A stretch of 64,000 nucleotides of DNA from Gemmatimonadales bacterium UBA7835 (GCA_002500925.1 DLTN01000123.1:5291-69290), one strand, 5' to 3'; counted from the stretch's first letter, positions 31,849 to 41,910 are shown. Notes: generated by a model not told the origin, from the sequence alone. Numbers and translations are program-made.

Positions 31849-31859
31849 CGGAGGCTTCC

Positions 31860-32633
31860 GTGGCAACTAGCCTCGCTCCAAAAGGCTATATCAGTTGTCA
31901 GCACACCCATGGCGAGTTCATGTCGTGGGAAGGAGCTGCAGGTCACATCGCTCCAATTCTCGAAAAGACCACACTCTACGACTGGGCAAAATCCCAAGAA
32001 GATCGTGTCGTTCTCTCAGGCCGGGGCCTCGTCCATTCAATCCCAGCCCCTCTACCAGGTCCGGAAGCAAGGTCCCGCTGGGCAGTCCGCCATTACCTTC
32101 GCGGGGGTCGAGTGACGACGCATCTCGGGGACCTATATCTAGGAATTGGGAAGCCGCGACCCTTTTGGGAGATCAAGGCAATCGAAACAGCCCGAGCCCG
32201 GGGCATTCGCACCCCAGCAGCCGTCTGTGGCGCAACCTACTCATTCGGTGCGGCTTATCGTTGCGATCTCGTCACCGAAGCAATACCCGATGTTCGCACA
32301 CTCACCGACCTTCTTCTCGAACAAAACGATCTGATCCAATCATTAAACAGTCTGGCCCGAGCCGGCGATCTGATCCGATCACTCGATGACGCGGGCGTCT
32401 ACCACGTCGATTTGAACGCAAACAACATCCTCCTGCCGCAAAAGCTCGATGGACCTGCTTGGGTTGTGGACTTCGATCGTGCACGGGTGACCGCACCAGG
32501 GTCGATAAGCTTCGCTGGCCGAATGAAGTGCCGCCTAGTGAGGTCAATCCTGAAGATCAGAGCACCTATAGGCAGAGAGTGCGGAAAGAGCGAACTCTTG
32601 AACGCCCTTTCCGCGACAAATGGGCACCAATGA
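31860..32633 (+). CDS. kdkA: 3-deoxy-D-manno-octulosonic acid (Kdo) kinase-like LPS kinase
   Basis: RHYLRGG and YHVDLNANNILL motifs. The GTG at 31860 has a GGAGG Shine-Dalgarno 5 nt upstream. Confidence 0.8.
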   Translation: MATSLAPKGYISCQHTHGEFMSWEGAAGHIAPILEKTTLYDWAKSQEDRVVLSGRGLVHSIPAPLPGPEARSRWAVRHYLRGGRVTTHLGDLYLGIGKPRPFWEIKAIETARARGIRTPAAVCGATYSFGAAYRCDLVTEAIPDVRTLTDLLLEQNDLIQSLNSLARAGDLIRSLDDAGVYHVDLNANNILLPQKLDGPAWVVDFDRARVTAPGSISFAGRMKCRLVRSILKIRAPIGRECGKSELLNALSATNGHQ

Positions 32634-33739
32634 GCATCATCTCGGGGAGCAATGACGGAGGGCAGACGATCGAGGGGCGTATCGTTTCAGGAATGGGTTG
32701 GCAGGGCCCGCCACCTAAAGAAATCTGTATCGTGATGCTCTCTGCTATAGGAGACGCCGTCCACGTCCTACCTGTGGCTACAGCTCTGAAAAGAGTTTGG
32801 CCACAAACCAGAATCACGTGGGTGATTCAACCAGCCGCAATGAGCATGGTGCAAGACCATCCAGCGGTAGACGAGTTCATCATCTTCCACCGTCGGCGCG
32901 GATTATCTGCGTGGAGAGGGCTTCACGACATTGCGAAGGAGATGCGAGGTCGCCAATTCGACCTTCTTATTGGTTTGCAGGTGTACTTCAAGGCCGGGCT
33001 CATCACGGCCCTAGCACCCGCTCGGATCAAACTGGGCTTCGATCGCCTCAGAGCTCGTGATGGCCAGTGGCTCTTCACGAATGTCCGAATCCCGGCCCGG
33101 GGGCAGCGCCACGTTCAAGACCAATACCTAGAGTTTCTGGAATACCTTGGGATCGATACTAATCCAGTCGAGTGGGGACTGACCTTCACTCAGAATGAGC
33201 GAAGCCTGCAGGCAGACTTCTTTGAAAGAATTCAGCGTCCCGTATGTGCCGTGGCCATCTCTACGAGTAAGACCAAGAAGAACTGGCATGTCGAAGGGTA
33301 CGCGCGGGTCCTTGAAGCCCTAGAGAGGGATCACGGCTTCCAGCCAGTAATCGTTGGTGGAGGCTCGATGACAGAACGAAGAATCGCTTGCGAGATCCTC
33401 GAGCAAACCGAAGCTCAGGTGATCGACAAGCTGGGCGATGACCTCCGGCGCCTTATGTGGATCATAGATGGTGCTGTGCTTCTCATCTCTCCGGATACGG
33501 GTCCTCTCCATATCAGTCGTGCCCTTGGCACACCTGTGGTGTCACTCTTTGGGCATACAAACCCAAAGCGTTCTGGTCCTTGGCGCGCCTTCGAAGACCT
33601 AATCGTAGACGGTTACGCTGATTACCCTGGAGAGAACTACCCGTTAATTCCTGCATACCGCGACGGGATGAGCCGAATCCGCGTCGCCGACGTATTGGAA
33701 AAAATCCACGTCGCAGCCGCGCGCTACATCTACCCATGA
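32630..33739 (+). CDS. Glycosyltransferase family 9 (LPS heptosyltransferase-like)
   Basis: LSAIGDAVHVLPV and DTGPLHISRALGTPVVSLFG motifs. The start shares an ATGA overlap with the kdkA stop. Confidence 0.85.
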   Translation: MSIISGSNDGGQTIEGRIVSGMGWQGPPPKEICIVMLSAIGDAVHVLPVATALKRVWPQTRITWVIQPAAMSMVQDHPAVDEFIIFHRRRGLSAWRGLHDIAKEMRGRQFDLLIGLQVYFKAGLITALAPARIKLGFDRLRARDGQWLFTNVRIPARGQRHVQDQYLEFLEYLGIDTNPVEWGLTFTQNERSLQADFFERIQRPVCAVAISTSKTKKNWHVEGYARVLEALERDHGFQPVIVGGGSMTERRIACEILEQTEAQVIDKLGDDLRRLMWIIDGAVLLISPDTGPLHISRALGTPVVSLFGHTNPKRSGPWRAFEDLIVDGYADYPGENYPLIPAYRDGMSRIRVADVLEKIHVAAARYIYP

Positions 33740-33770
33740 CCGATGATAAGCCGAGCGAGCAGACTTAGGC

Positions 33771-34325
33771 CTAAAACGCCCACACCACCTTAGCGCAAAG
33801 AACCATGAAAACAGAGATAAAGCCGACAGAGGCCTCCCACTCTTTATTTCGGTGATATTGGGACCAGCAAAATCCACCGAAATCCATCTCATTTCGACTA
33901 GACCAAGCAGTAATCTTAGGGAAGAACGTCGGCACACTCGACGCATACTCCCTGTACACGTCTGGAAACAACTCAGTGAGATGGCGGACCTCGCTCTCCA
34001 TCGTTTTAGGATAGATGACGATGTAAAAAGCTAAAAAGGCTAGGGACCAAAACCACTGCCCACCCGCCAATGCCACACCTAAGCCGATACAAAATGACCC
34101 TAAGTAGAGTGGGTTCCGAGTTAATGCGTAGGGACCGGTCATCGCAACCTTTTTATCCTTGTGAATCGTGCCTGCAGACCAGCCTCTAATCCAGAGACCG
34201 GGCAAAGCGAGGCCGGCTCCAAGCAAAAGCGAAACCGTGTCAGGACTCGACATCCACAAGAAAGGGAACACCGCCAACCACACGGTCTTCAAGCGCAACC
34301 TACGCATGGTTCGTCGCGCTATCAT
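33771..34325 (-). CDS. ICMT/PEMT-family membrane methyltransferase
   Basis: GPYALTRNPLYLGSF motif. Multi-TM, 184 aa. Confidence 0.75.
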   Translation of the reverse strand: MIARRTMRRLRLKTVWLAVFPFLWMSSPDTVSLLLGAGLALPGLWIRGWSAGTIHKDKKVAMTGPYALTRNPLYLGSFCIGLGVALAGGQWFWSLAFLAFYIVIYPKTMESEVRHLTELFPDVYREYASSVPTFFPKITAWSSRNEMDFGGFCWSQYHRNKEWEASVGFISVFMVLCAKVVWAF

Positions 34326-34341
34326 CTGAGGCCATCAGAAG

Positions 34342-35334
34342 TCAGTGAAGCCCTGAGCCCGGGGCTTCAGTCTGCCCCCCCCTCGACGCCCGGCCTTCCT
34401 TAGCGGCTAACCGTGACACAGGGTTCAGCGGATGCCCTTCAGTGATGCTTTGAAGATGAAGCGTCAGTGACCCTGGGAAATTCGGGATATCCGACTTGAC
34501 ATAAACCGGGATCCGCCGTTCATCGTCGGTGAAGTGAATCTCACCCTTCCCCCCCTGTCCAAACAACCCATCCGTCTGAATCTCCGGCGACACGACAATA
34601 GTGTTATAGAAGACGCCCTCGGTCTCCCTCCGATCCTTGCGCAAGACCGTCACCTTCACCGGATTGCCCTCTTCCTTGAAGTAGCGGTTCAGGGTGTAAG
34701 TCTTGCCCACTTCGAGGGGCAGGGTCCGTATGAAGTATATGAACGCTATTTCATCAAGCGGTAACGCAGACCCCAAGTCACCTCCACGATCAAAATCGAT
34801 CCGCTCCCATCGCATTATTTCCGGATAGAATTCCCAGTGTCGATAGCTTTGGTAGCCAACTTCGTCGATGTCTCGGATGTAACGCCAAGTTTGCAGGGTG
34901 GTCACGTCGAACCAGGTCTGATACATGTCGTTCACCCTAGCTGGCCCGATGCCACCCTTAATGCCGAGGTTGACTCGGTAAACCGGACTTCCTTCATGCT
35001 CCTCTATGCCCAAGACACTCATGTAACCATCGCCGGCGTTAAAGATGCCGACCTTTACCTTGTATTCTAAATGCTCTCCTGGACCGAAAGGAGCAGGAGC
35101 GGCGAACTGATCGACCGGAACATCTCCTTCCTCAAGAACCGCGGGCACCTGACCTTCCCAGATGTCGTAAACTGACCGCAGAGAGTCGACAAGAATATCT
35201 CGTAAGACTCGTTCCTCTTGAGCTTGGAGGGGTGGTACGAGTGAAGTGGTTAAAAGAGCGACAACTAGCACGAATGGTCGAAGCAGAGGAATCACAGAGA
35301 CTTTTCTCACGCTTCTTCTGCCTTTGATGACCAT
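34342..35334 (-). CDS. Secreted DUF3108-like protein
   Basis: An N-terminal signal peptide. The YKVKVGIFNAGDGYMSV pattern resembles DUF3108. This assignment is tentative. Confidence 0.5.
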   Translation of the reverse strand: MVIKGRRSVRKVSVIPLLRPFVLVVALLTTSLVPPLQAQEERVLRDILVDSLRSVYDIWEGQVPAVLEEGDVPVDQFAAPAPFGPGEHLEYKVKVGIFNAGDGYMSVLGIEEHEGSPVYRVNLGIKGGIGPARVNDMYQTWFDVTTLQTWRYIRDIDEVGYQSYRHWEFYPEIMRWERIDFDRGGDLGSALPLDEIAFIYFIRTLPLEVGKTYTLNRYFKEEGNPVKVTVLRKDRRETEGVFYNTIVVSPEIQTDGLFGQGGKGEIHFTDDERRIPVYVKSDIPNFPGSLTLHLQSITEGHPLNPVSRLAAKEGRASRGGQTEAPGSGLH

Positions 35335-36050
35335 AAGCTCTTAGGTAACCGGGCAAGTTCTAGAAAAGTCCGCCAAGGCCGGAAACGCGAAGGTCGCGTT
35401 CTCAGATCGTAATGAAGCCGCGCGGGAACTTCTACGATCCGACGTGCGTGCGGAGCCAAGTATCCAAGCATCTCTGCATTGGCCGCCCACCTCTCCGCAG
35501 AGATTAGGGGCTTTTGCTGGGAGCTGTCCCGAAAAGCCTTCTTGAGGACAATCACACGATACACTCGCAGTCCGGCCAGAGGATCCGAGACCGGGGCTTT
35601 TGCGAAGATTCTATGCAAAAAAGTCCGAGAAGCCCAATGAACTGCCCTAGTTACGCGATGCAACTCCCCAAACTCTATCGACCCAACAACGATATCCACT
35701 CCACCTTCTAAGATCTTAACCGCGGCAACCACATCATCAGGACGTTCAGTAAAATCTGCCTGGAGCACAACGGCGCAATCACGCTTGGGGTATGGGGCTG
35801 CTTTACTGACGTGCCTAAGAAGTTTCTCGACTGAACGGCCATACCCGAGGTGCTCATCTGATCGCAGCACGGTGAGTGGCAGAGAGCGCCTGTATCGCTG
35901 AAGGACCTCAGGCGTCTCATCAGACGATGCATCGTCATGCACCACTATACGATAGTCTCTCCCGAACTCACCCAAGACGTTCCTAACCTTCCATAGGAGC
36001 ACTCCGACAGTCGATGCTTCGTTATGGGTTGGAATGCAGATGTAGATCAC
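35307..36050 (-). CDS. Glycosyltransferase family 2
   Basis: ICIPTHNEASTVG and VVHDDASSDET (DxD-type) motifs. Confidence 0.82.
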   Translation of the reverse strand: MIYICIPTHNEASTVGVLLWKVRNVLGEFGRDYRIVVHDDASSDETPEVLQRYRRSLPLTVLRSDEHLGYGRSVEKLLRHVSKAAPYPKRDCAVVLQADFTERPDDVVAAVKILEGGVDIVVGSIEFGELHRVTRAVHWASRTFLHRIFAKAPVSDPLAGLRVYRVIVLKKAFRDSSQQKPLISAERWAANAEMLGYLAPHARRIVEVPARLHYDLRTRPSRFRPWRTFLELARLPKSLWSSKAEEA

Positions 36051-36170
36051 GTCTTGGTCTCTTAGGGCGGCGTTGCTTCGATTAGGATATGAGAGCGCCG
36101 AAACGACTTCGACGCGAGTAATTAACTTCTAACCAAGGGCTCTGAGGCCTGTTCCTCACTTTTAGGATTG

Positions 36171-37121
36171 TTACGTAGCGTCCTCTTCGGGAGGCCTCGT
36201 CTTCCAGCGTTTATGGTGCCAGAAGTATTGATCCGGGGCAGAAACAATCGCCTTTTCGAGGACCCTGTGGTAGGCGGTCAGGATTGACCTCGTGTCGACC
36301 TTGAAATCGCCAGTTCGTTCGAAGTCCAGCTGAAAAGCTTCAATGACATAACGTTGGGCTCGCCCAGGCTGTCGAATCGCGAACCCGACAAAGACCGGGA
36401 CGTCGCCGCGGAGGGCAAATATAGCGGAGCCCCGCGATGTAGAAGCATCAAGACCAAAAAACCTCACAAACACTCCGCTTCGGCCGGCGTTCTGATCGCC
36501 AAGCAACGCAACGAGTCTACCCGATCCGAGTGAACGCAGCACTGCCTTCGGCGCATCGGCGACATCGATCATCCTCATTCCGATCCGCTCTCTCATCTCA
36601 AAAATATCCGCTCCAACCCGTCGATTAGTCATCCGCTTGCCCACAACGTCAATTGGAATGCCTGACGCCACGATGCTTGCACCAGCCACCTCCCAATTCC
36701 CGAGGTGTGCTGTGAGAAGCACAACGCCTCGATCTCGCTCCGCCGCATCCCTAAGAGGGGCAAAGCCAAGCATCTTAACTCGAGCCGAAATTTCTTCGGA
36801 TGACCATCGGGACATCCGAAAGAAAAAGGCTGCCTCCCGCCCGAAATGCATATAACTCCGCCTAGCAATCTCACTTCGCCACACCTGCGTCCGTCCTGGA
36901 AAGGCTCTCTCTAGATTATTGTCTACCTCGTTACGTCGAATACGGAAAACCACTCCGGCGAGCCAACCGATACTAGAGCCGAGGCGCAACGACAGGTCCT
37001 CGGGTAACGTCATCAGTGCCGCCCGAACGATCCGGTAAACCTCGCGTTCGAGCCGTTGCCGGAGCGATCTTCGGACGTCCGCACAACGAGAGGATACTTC
37101 TGTCGAATGGACCCCGTTCAC
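36171..37121 (-). CDS. Lipid A late acyltransferase (LpxL/HtrB family)
   Basis: LLTAHLGNWEVAG is the catalytic H-x-GNWE motif. The start overlaps the msbA stop by 4 nt. Confidence 0.8.
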   Translation of the reverse strand: MNGVHSTEVSSRCADVRRSLRQRLEREVYRIVRAALMTLPEDLSLRLGSSIGWLAGVVFRIRRNEVDNNLERAFPGRTQVWRSEIARRSYMHFGREAAFFFRMSRWSSEEISARVKMLGFAPLRDAAERDRGVVLLTAHLGNWEVAGASIVASGIPIDVVGKRMTNRRVGADIFEMRERIGMRMIDVADAPKAVLRSLGSGRLVALLGDQNAGRSGVFVRFFGLDASTSRGSAIFALRGDVPVFVGFAIRQPGRAQRYVIEAFQLDFERTGDFKVDTRSILTAYHRVLEKAIVSAPDQYFWHHKRWKTRPPEEDAT

Positions 37122-38947
37122 TGCTTCACCACCGTGGGGGTCAGGCCAAACTGGAGGTCGTAAAGAGCCCTGTACCGGCCGCTTTGGGCCAAGAGCGTCT
37201 CGTGATCACCATACTCGACAAGACCACCATCCTCGAGGACGAGGATCTGATCAGCACGCTGAACTGTCGATAGTCTGTGGGCAATGACAAGTACCGTACG
37301 TCCTTCGACAAGTCGGGCTAAGGCGTCCTGAATGAGCCGTTCGGATTCGGTATCCAGAGCGCTTGTGGCCTCGTCGAAGATCAGAATCGGAGCGTCACGA
37401 AGGATGGCGCGAGCTATCGCTATCCTCTGACGCTGTCCACCAGAAAGTTCCACGCCCCGTTCGCCAACGACAGTGTCGTACCCATCAGGAAGTCCCACGA
37501 TGAACTCGTGCGCATTCGCAGCGTGAGATGCCGCTGCGACCTCCTCGGCTGTCGCCCCCGGTCGACCGTATGCAATGTTGCAGGCTACCGTGTCGTGAAA
37601 GAGCACCGTCTCTTGCGCCACGACCGCCATGAGGGAACGCAGATCAGATACCCGCACATCCCGCACATCTACTCCGTCGATTGAAATAGAGCCACTTGAC
37701 ACCTCAAAGAAGCGGCTCAGAAGATCGACTACGGTGCTTTTTCCTGCCCCGCTCGGCCCTACAAGGGCCAGGACAGTTCCCTGGGGGACTCTAAAAGATA
37801 GATCCTCTAGGACGGGAGCCCCTTGGTGATAGGAAAACGAGACTCGGTCATAGACAATCTCCCGCTCTAAGCCTTGAACGGCTTTCGCGTGTGGTCTGTC
37901 TTTGATTTTAGCATCGGTATCTAGGAACTCGAAGACTCTCTCAGCGGCTACAAGCCCAGGCTGCGCTACCGCCGGAAACTTTGCGACGTTTTTCACTGGA
38001 GCATACAGCTTTAGCGATAAACCAAGGAAGCCGACAAACTGAGCTCCAGTGACCTCAGCGTTAACCACCAACCGGGATCCATACCAGAGGATCACCGCCG
38101 TGCCTAGGGCAGCTAGTACCTCGGTCATGGGCCCCGCCAAAGAGCGCGCCGATTCAGCTTTCATAAAATGGCGGTAATAGTCAGCGGTGAGACGGTTAAA
38201 GCGTCCCCGCTCTACTTCCTCAGCAGAAGAGGATTTCACTAGCCGGACTCCGGACACAGTCTCAACAATATGCGCGTTGAGTTCCGCCCCAAGGTCGACT
38301 GCACGTCTGTCCCGCCGACGCAGTATGTGGACCAACGGACCCCAAACCCCCATCGCCAAAGGGATCACCAAGAAAGCGGCCAGCGTTAGTTGCCAAGAGA
38401 TCAAAAGCATGAAGACGAGTGCGGCCAAAAACTCGAAAACAGATGAAAACAAGCGCCCAACTTCGCGAGTAACCAGAGTCCGGAACTGCTCTATCTCGGT
38501 AGTCAGTCGACTGACTATCTGTCCTGTCCGCGTCCGCGCAAAGAAGCCTAAATCCAGACCCAAAAGATGATCATACACCGCATTTCGCAGATCCCGACTT
38601 ACGCCCTGCTCAGCTTGGGCTAGCACGTAACCGCGAGTGAACGCAAAGACATTCTTCAATAGAAAGGCGCAAAGGATCAGGACAATAATCCGCTCAATAG
38701 CAATAAGTGGATCACCGGTAAGGTCCACCCACGAGTATACAGTCGCGTCTAGTAGAGCTTGCGCAGCGTTGTCACCCGAAGACCGCGCGGTCGCCCCACC
38801 GCTCACAAAGAGAGCGTCAACGAACGGGATCAGAAGCACATAGGTCGCAGCGTCCAGAGCCGCGTAGCTCACGGCAGCGACTGTGGCCAGCAGAATTGAC
38901 CCAGAGTGCGGCCGGACAAACCCGACCATACGCGGGTAGACGCTCAT
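37118..38947 (-). CDS. msbA: Lipid A export ABC transporter permease/ATPase
   Basis: Six-TM N-terminal half, Walker A GPSGAGKST, signature LSGGQRQR and Walker B ILIFDEATSALD. Confidence 0.88.
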   Translation of the reverse strand: MSVYPRMVGFVRPHSGSILLATVAAVSYAALDAATYVLLIPFVDALFVSGGATARSSGDNAAQALLDATVYSWVDLTGDPLIAIERIIVLILCAFLLKNVFAFTRGYVLAQAEQGVSRDLRNAVYDHLLGLDLGFFARTRTGQIVSRLTTEIEQFRTLVTREVGRLFSSVFEFLAALVFMLLISWQLTLAAFLVIPLAMGVWGPLVHILRRRDRRAVDLGAELNAHIVETVSGVRLVKSSSAEEVERGRFNRLTADYYRHFMKAESARSLAGPMTEVLAALGTAVILWYGSRLVVNAEVTGAQFVGFLGLSLKLYAPVKNVAKFPAVAQPGLVAAERVFEFLDTDAKIKDRPHAKAVQGLEREIVYDRVSFSYHQGAPVLEDLSFRVPQGTVLALVGPSGAGKSTVVDLLSRFFEVSSGSISIDGVDVRDVRVSDLRSLMAVVAQETVLFHDTVACNIAYGRPGATAEEVAAASHAANAHEFIVGLPDGYDTVVGERGVELSGGQRQRIAIARAILRDAPILIFDEATSALDTESERLIQDALARLVEGRTVLVIAHRLSTVQRADQILVLEDGGLVEYGDHETLLAQSGRYRALYDLQFGLTPTVVKQ

Positions 38948-38955
38948 ACCCGAGC

Positions 38956-40530
38956 CTAAGCGCGCGGCTTCAGGCTCGCGACAGGCACAATCATCTCCTC
39001 CGGACTTATGCCACCGTGGAGGAAGGAGTTTCTGTAGCGTGCCTGGTACTCGCGGAGCTTGGTTGGGTACACGAAGAAATAATCCTCAAGAGCGATAAGA
39101 TACGACATGCCAAGGCGCCCCGCTGGTAGGCGAAGATGTCTCTCGTCACGTGTCACATAAGCTGTACTCTTCTGCTCGGCTCGCAGATCCTGTCCAAATT
39201 TGTAGCGGAGGTTACTCGTTGCGTCCTTGCGAGCGAAGACGGTCGATGGGTGTTGGCACAGAATCGACCCGTGATCGGTCGTGAGAATGACCTCGTGACC
39301 GCGCCGTGCCGCCTCCCGAAGTATGTCGAACGCGGTCGATCGCTCGAACCAAGTTCTCGTCAGATCACGCAGCGCTGCCTCATCCCTGGCTACCTCCATG
39401 AGAATCGGGGACTCGGAGCGACCGTGCGTCATCAGATCCACGAAATTGAAGACCAGCGCGATCACGGACCCCGGTTTTTTGAGGGCAGAGTTCACCCTAC
39501 CACGAACTTTCGCTCTTTGCCGGTCAGAAAAGATCTTATCGTAATGAACCGGCACATCTCGTCCAGTTAGCCGCCTCAGTTGCTCCGCAAGAAGCTCGTC
39601 CTCAAAAGTATTAAGGCTTCCCTCATCGTCTGACGCGTCCCACCAACCAGGGTGATTTTCTGCGATCTCGTCAGGATACTGACCTGAGAAAATCGCGTTC
39701 CGCGCGTAAGGCGTCGCGGTTGGGAGAATCGAGTAATGAATTGTTTCCTCGACATCAAAGAATTCAGAGAGCAACGGGGCGATGGCCCTCCACTGATCCA
39801 GCCGCATACAGTCTAGCACTACGAAGTACACTGGATCCGAAGACAAACGGGGCACTAGGAACTCTCGCACTAGGTCAACAGAGAGAAGCGGGCGGTCCGG
39901 TGCGCCGTCCATCCATTTTGGATAGTTACTGACAACCCACTCGCCAAAATCCCGACGCAGGGAGTTAACAAGAGACGCAACGGTATCTAATAATCCCTCC
40001 TCGCCAGCCTCTCCGAGTCGAAGCTGCCAATCGACTAGTTCTGTATAGACCGCAGCGAATTGATCTGCGTTCCGCGCCGCCTGAACGTTTGCGGACAGCG
40101 TGCTGAAAATCGCAGCGAAGTCCTGAGCCGCTTGAGCCTGTTGGATCGAGGAGCCTTCAAGGATTCTTGTAACCACGCTGAGCACCTGCCGAGGAGACGT
40201 TGGCTTCACTAGATAGTCGTCCACCCGTCGACCGATTGCCTCGGTCATCGTGTGATCTTCTTCGGATTTCGTGACCATGACGACTCGCTGATGCGGAGCC
40301 TCGCGGCGCATAATCTCCAACACCTCTAAACCACTCCGACCCGGCATCTGCTCATCTAGGAGTACTAAGTCGTATGGCGCTCCGCGCATCAGCTCTAGAG
40401 CGTCATCACCATTCGATATCGCATCGACGTGGTAGTTGCGAGCCTGCAAGAATAGTAGATGCGGCTTCAAAAGATCGACCTCGTCGTCGACCCAGAGAAT
40501 GCGCTTCATCGGGCGGGGAGCCTTCGTCAT
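38956..40530 (-). CDS. PorX-like response regulator: CheY receiver fused to a PglZ/alkaline-phosphatase-superfamily domain
   Basis: ILWVDDEVDLLKPHLLFLQARNY ... DLVLLDEQMPGRSGLEVL is a receiver domain with the phospho-acceptor Asp. A roughly 390 aa PglZ-like domain follows. The stop lies 8 nt before the msbA start. Confidence 0.8.
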   Translation of the reverse strand: MTKAPRPMKRILWVDDEVDLLKPHLLFLQARNYHVDAISNGDDALELMRGAPYDLVLLDEQMPGRSGLEVLEIMRREAPHQRVVMVTKSEEDHTMTEAIGRRVDDYLVKPTSPRQVLSVVTRILEGSSIQQAQAAQDFAAIFSTLSANVQAARNADQFAAVYTELVDWQLRLGEAGEEGLLDTVASLVNSLRRDFGEWVVSNYPKWMDGAPDRPLLSVDLVREFLVPRLSSDPVYFVVLDCMRLDQWRAIAPLLSEFFDVEETIHYSILPTATPYARNAIFSGQYPDEIAENHPGWWDASDDEGSLNTFEDELLAEQLRRLTGRDVPVHYDKIFSDRQRAKVRGRVNSALKKPGSVIALVFNFVDLMTHGRSESPILMEVARDEAALRDLTRTWFERSTAFDILREAARRGHEVILTTDHGSILCQHPSTVFARKDATSNLRYKFGQDLRAEQKSTAYVTRDERHLRLPAGRLGMSYLIALEDYFFVYPTKLREYQARYRNSFLHGGISPEEMIVPVASLKPRA

Positions 40531-40539
40531 GCTACTAAG

Positions 40540-41166
40540 CTACTCGCACGTTCCAAGAAACAGCACGGTGAGCCTGCGAATCAGTTCGTCCCTGACCGCC
40601 CTAAATGCAGTCACCTCCTGATCCGGTATATCACCTGAATGGGCCGGATCAGGTAAGCCCCAGTGGAGCCGCCATGCCGGTTCGAGCCACGCAGGACAAA
40701 CCTCCTCTGCGCATAACGTGATCACTGCATCCACAGTTCCCTCGACGCTAATGGAGTCACTCGAGGTATGCCCACTGATATCGAGTCCTAATTCAGAAAG
40801 AGCTTTGATCGCTTGACGGTGCGGTGCAGTCGGCTCAGATCCCGCGGACGAAATCCTTACGCCTTCAGAAGCCATCGACCGGGCGATCCCTTCTGCCATC
40901 TGGCTCCGAGCGGAATTCGCGACACACAGAAACAGAATGTGCTTCGGGGCAAGCGAGCGCAGAACAGCAGCCTCGATCATCCAACGGGGTGCATCAAGAG
41001 GCAGGATCACATCACCTACGACGGTTTCATTAACAACACCGTCACTAGACACAACATCTATTCCTAGAGTTCTTGCGACATCCCCTATCACAGCTGCGTG
41101 CGACACACTGTAGCCTAGTCGCACAGCAAGAGTTCTCCTTCTCTTTATTGATTTATCGGTTATCAC
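40540..41166 (-). CDS. arsC: LMW-PTP-type arsenate reductase/phosphatase
   Basis: ILFLCVANSARSQMAEG P-loop and LCAEEVCP. The 208 aa ORF has about 62 extra N-terminal residues. An alternative ATG at 40980 gives a canonical 146 aa protein. Confidence 0.75.
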   Translation of the reverse strand: MITDKSIKRRRTLAVRLGYSVSHAAVIGDVARTLGIDVVSSDGVVNETVVGDVILPLDAPRWMIEAAVLRSLAPKHILFLCVANSARSQMAEGIARSMASEGVRISSAGSEPTAPHRQAIKALSELGLDISGHTSSDSISVEGTVDAVITLCAEEVCPAWLEPAWRLHWGLPDPAHSGDIPDQEVTAFRAVRDELIRRLTVLFLGTCE

Positions 41167-41241
41167 GGTTTCTGTGCTCTAAATAATCAGTGTTATCGAA
41201 AATAGAAGCCTGCTACAGGATTCTACACCGCCCTTTTAGGG

Positions 41242-41910
41242 CTACATCTTGAGAGTGTAAAAGAACCAAGAACTAACAGGCCTCCCCCTGAAGGAGCCGG
41301 GTCGGAACGTCCATTCGGTCGCTTCGCCTATTAAGAGCTGTTCGTATAATCGATTTTGGGACGGTGGGTCGAGTCGAGTCGAGTCCGGTACCACCCTCCC
41401 CTTTTCGTCGACGAATACCCTGACTTTCAATTGAGTACCGCGAAGATCGCTCACCGCCAGTGGCAGAGTAAGCCTTATTGGAGATGCCGGTCGCAATCGA
41501 TCGACTCCTCTTTCAGCATTTCCTTCATCTCCTGCACCAGTATTCGTGTCTCCTGCTGGTTCCAGAGCAAACGGAGACACCGCTTTAAACCCCTTACCTA
41601 GCTCTTGCTCGAACTGGTCCTTCCACTCAACAGGCTGCATGCCAATTTCAACCTCAACAGGCCTCGGTGGCTGAATGATACCGAGACTTGGTAGCGTCCT
41701 CAGGATGATTACCTGCAACGATCCTGTAACAGCCGAACCGCTGGAGCTTCGAGAGCCAGATGCGGTTAGCATCGTTTGAGGGATAACATCCCCGTTCCAA
41801 CCGATAATAACGATCAGGTGCAAGAGGACCGAATAGACGAAACCTTTGCGCCAGGTCAGCTTGTCTTGACTTTGACGATGCTTGACTCTGATCTCCCAGG
41901 ACTCGCTCAT
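41242..41910 (-). CDS. TonB-family energy transducer-like protein
   Basis: An N-terminal TM helix FVYSVLLHLIVIIGW and a C-terminal TonB-like KVRVFVDEKGRVV...WTFRPGSFRGRPVSSW. Confidence 0.6.
   Translation of the reverse strand: MSESWEIRVKHRQSQDKLTWRKGFVYSVLLHLIVIIGWNGDVIPQTMLTASGSRSSSGSAVTGSLQVIILRTLPSLGIIQPPRPVEVEIGMQPVEWKDQFEQELGKGFKAVSPFALEPAGDTNTGAGDEGNAERGVDRLRPASPIRLTLPLAVSDLRGTQLKVRVFVDEKGRVVPDSTRLDPPSQNRLYEQLLIGEATEWTFRPGSFRGRPVSSWFFYTLKM

Noticed and set aside
41370-41384. A (GAGTC)3 pentanucleotide repeat
   Set aside because: It has only three units, lies inside the TonB-like coding region and is in frame. It is unlikely to be a functional SSR.
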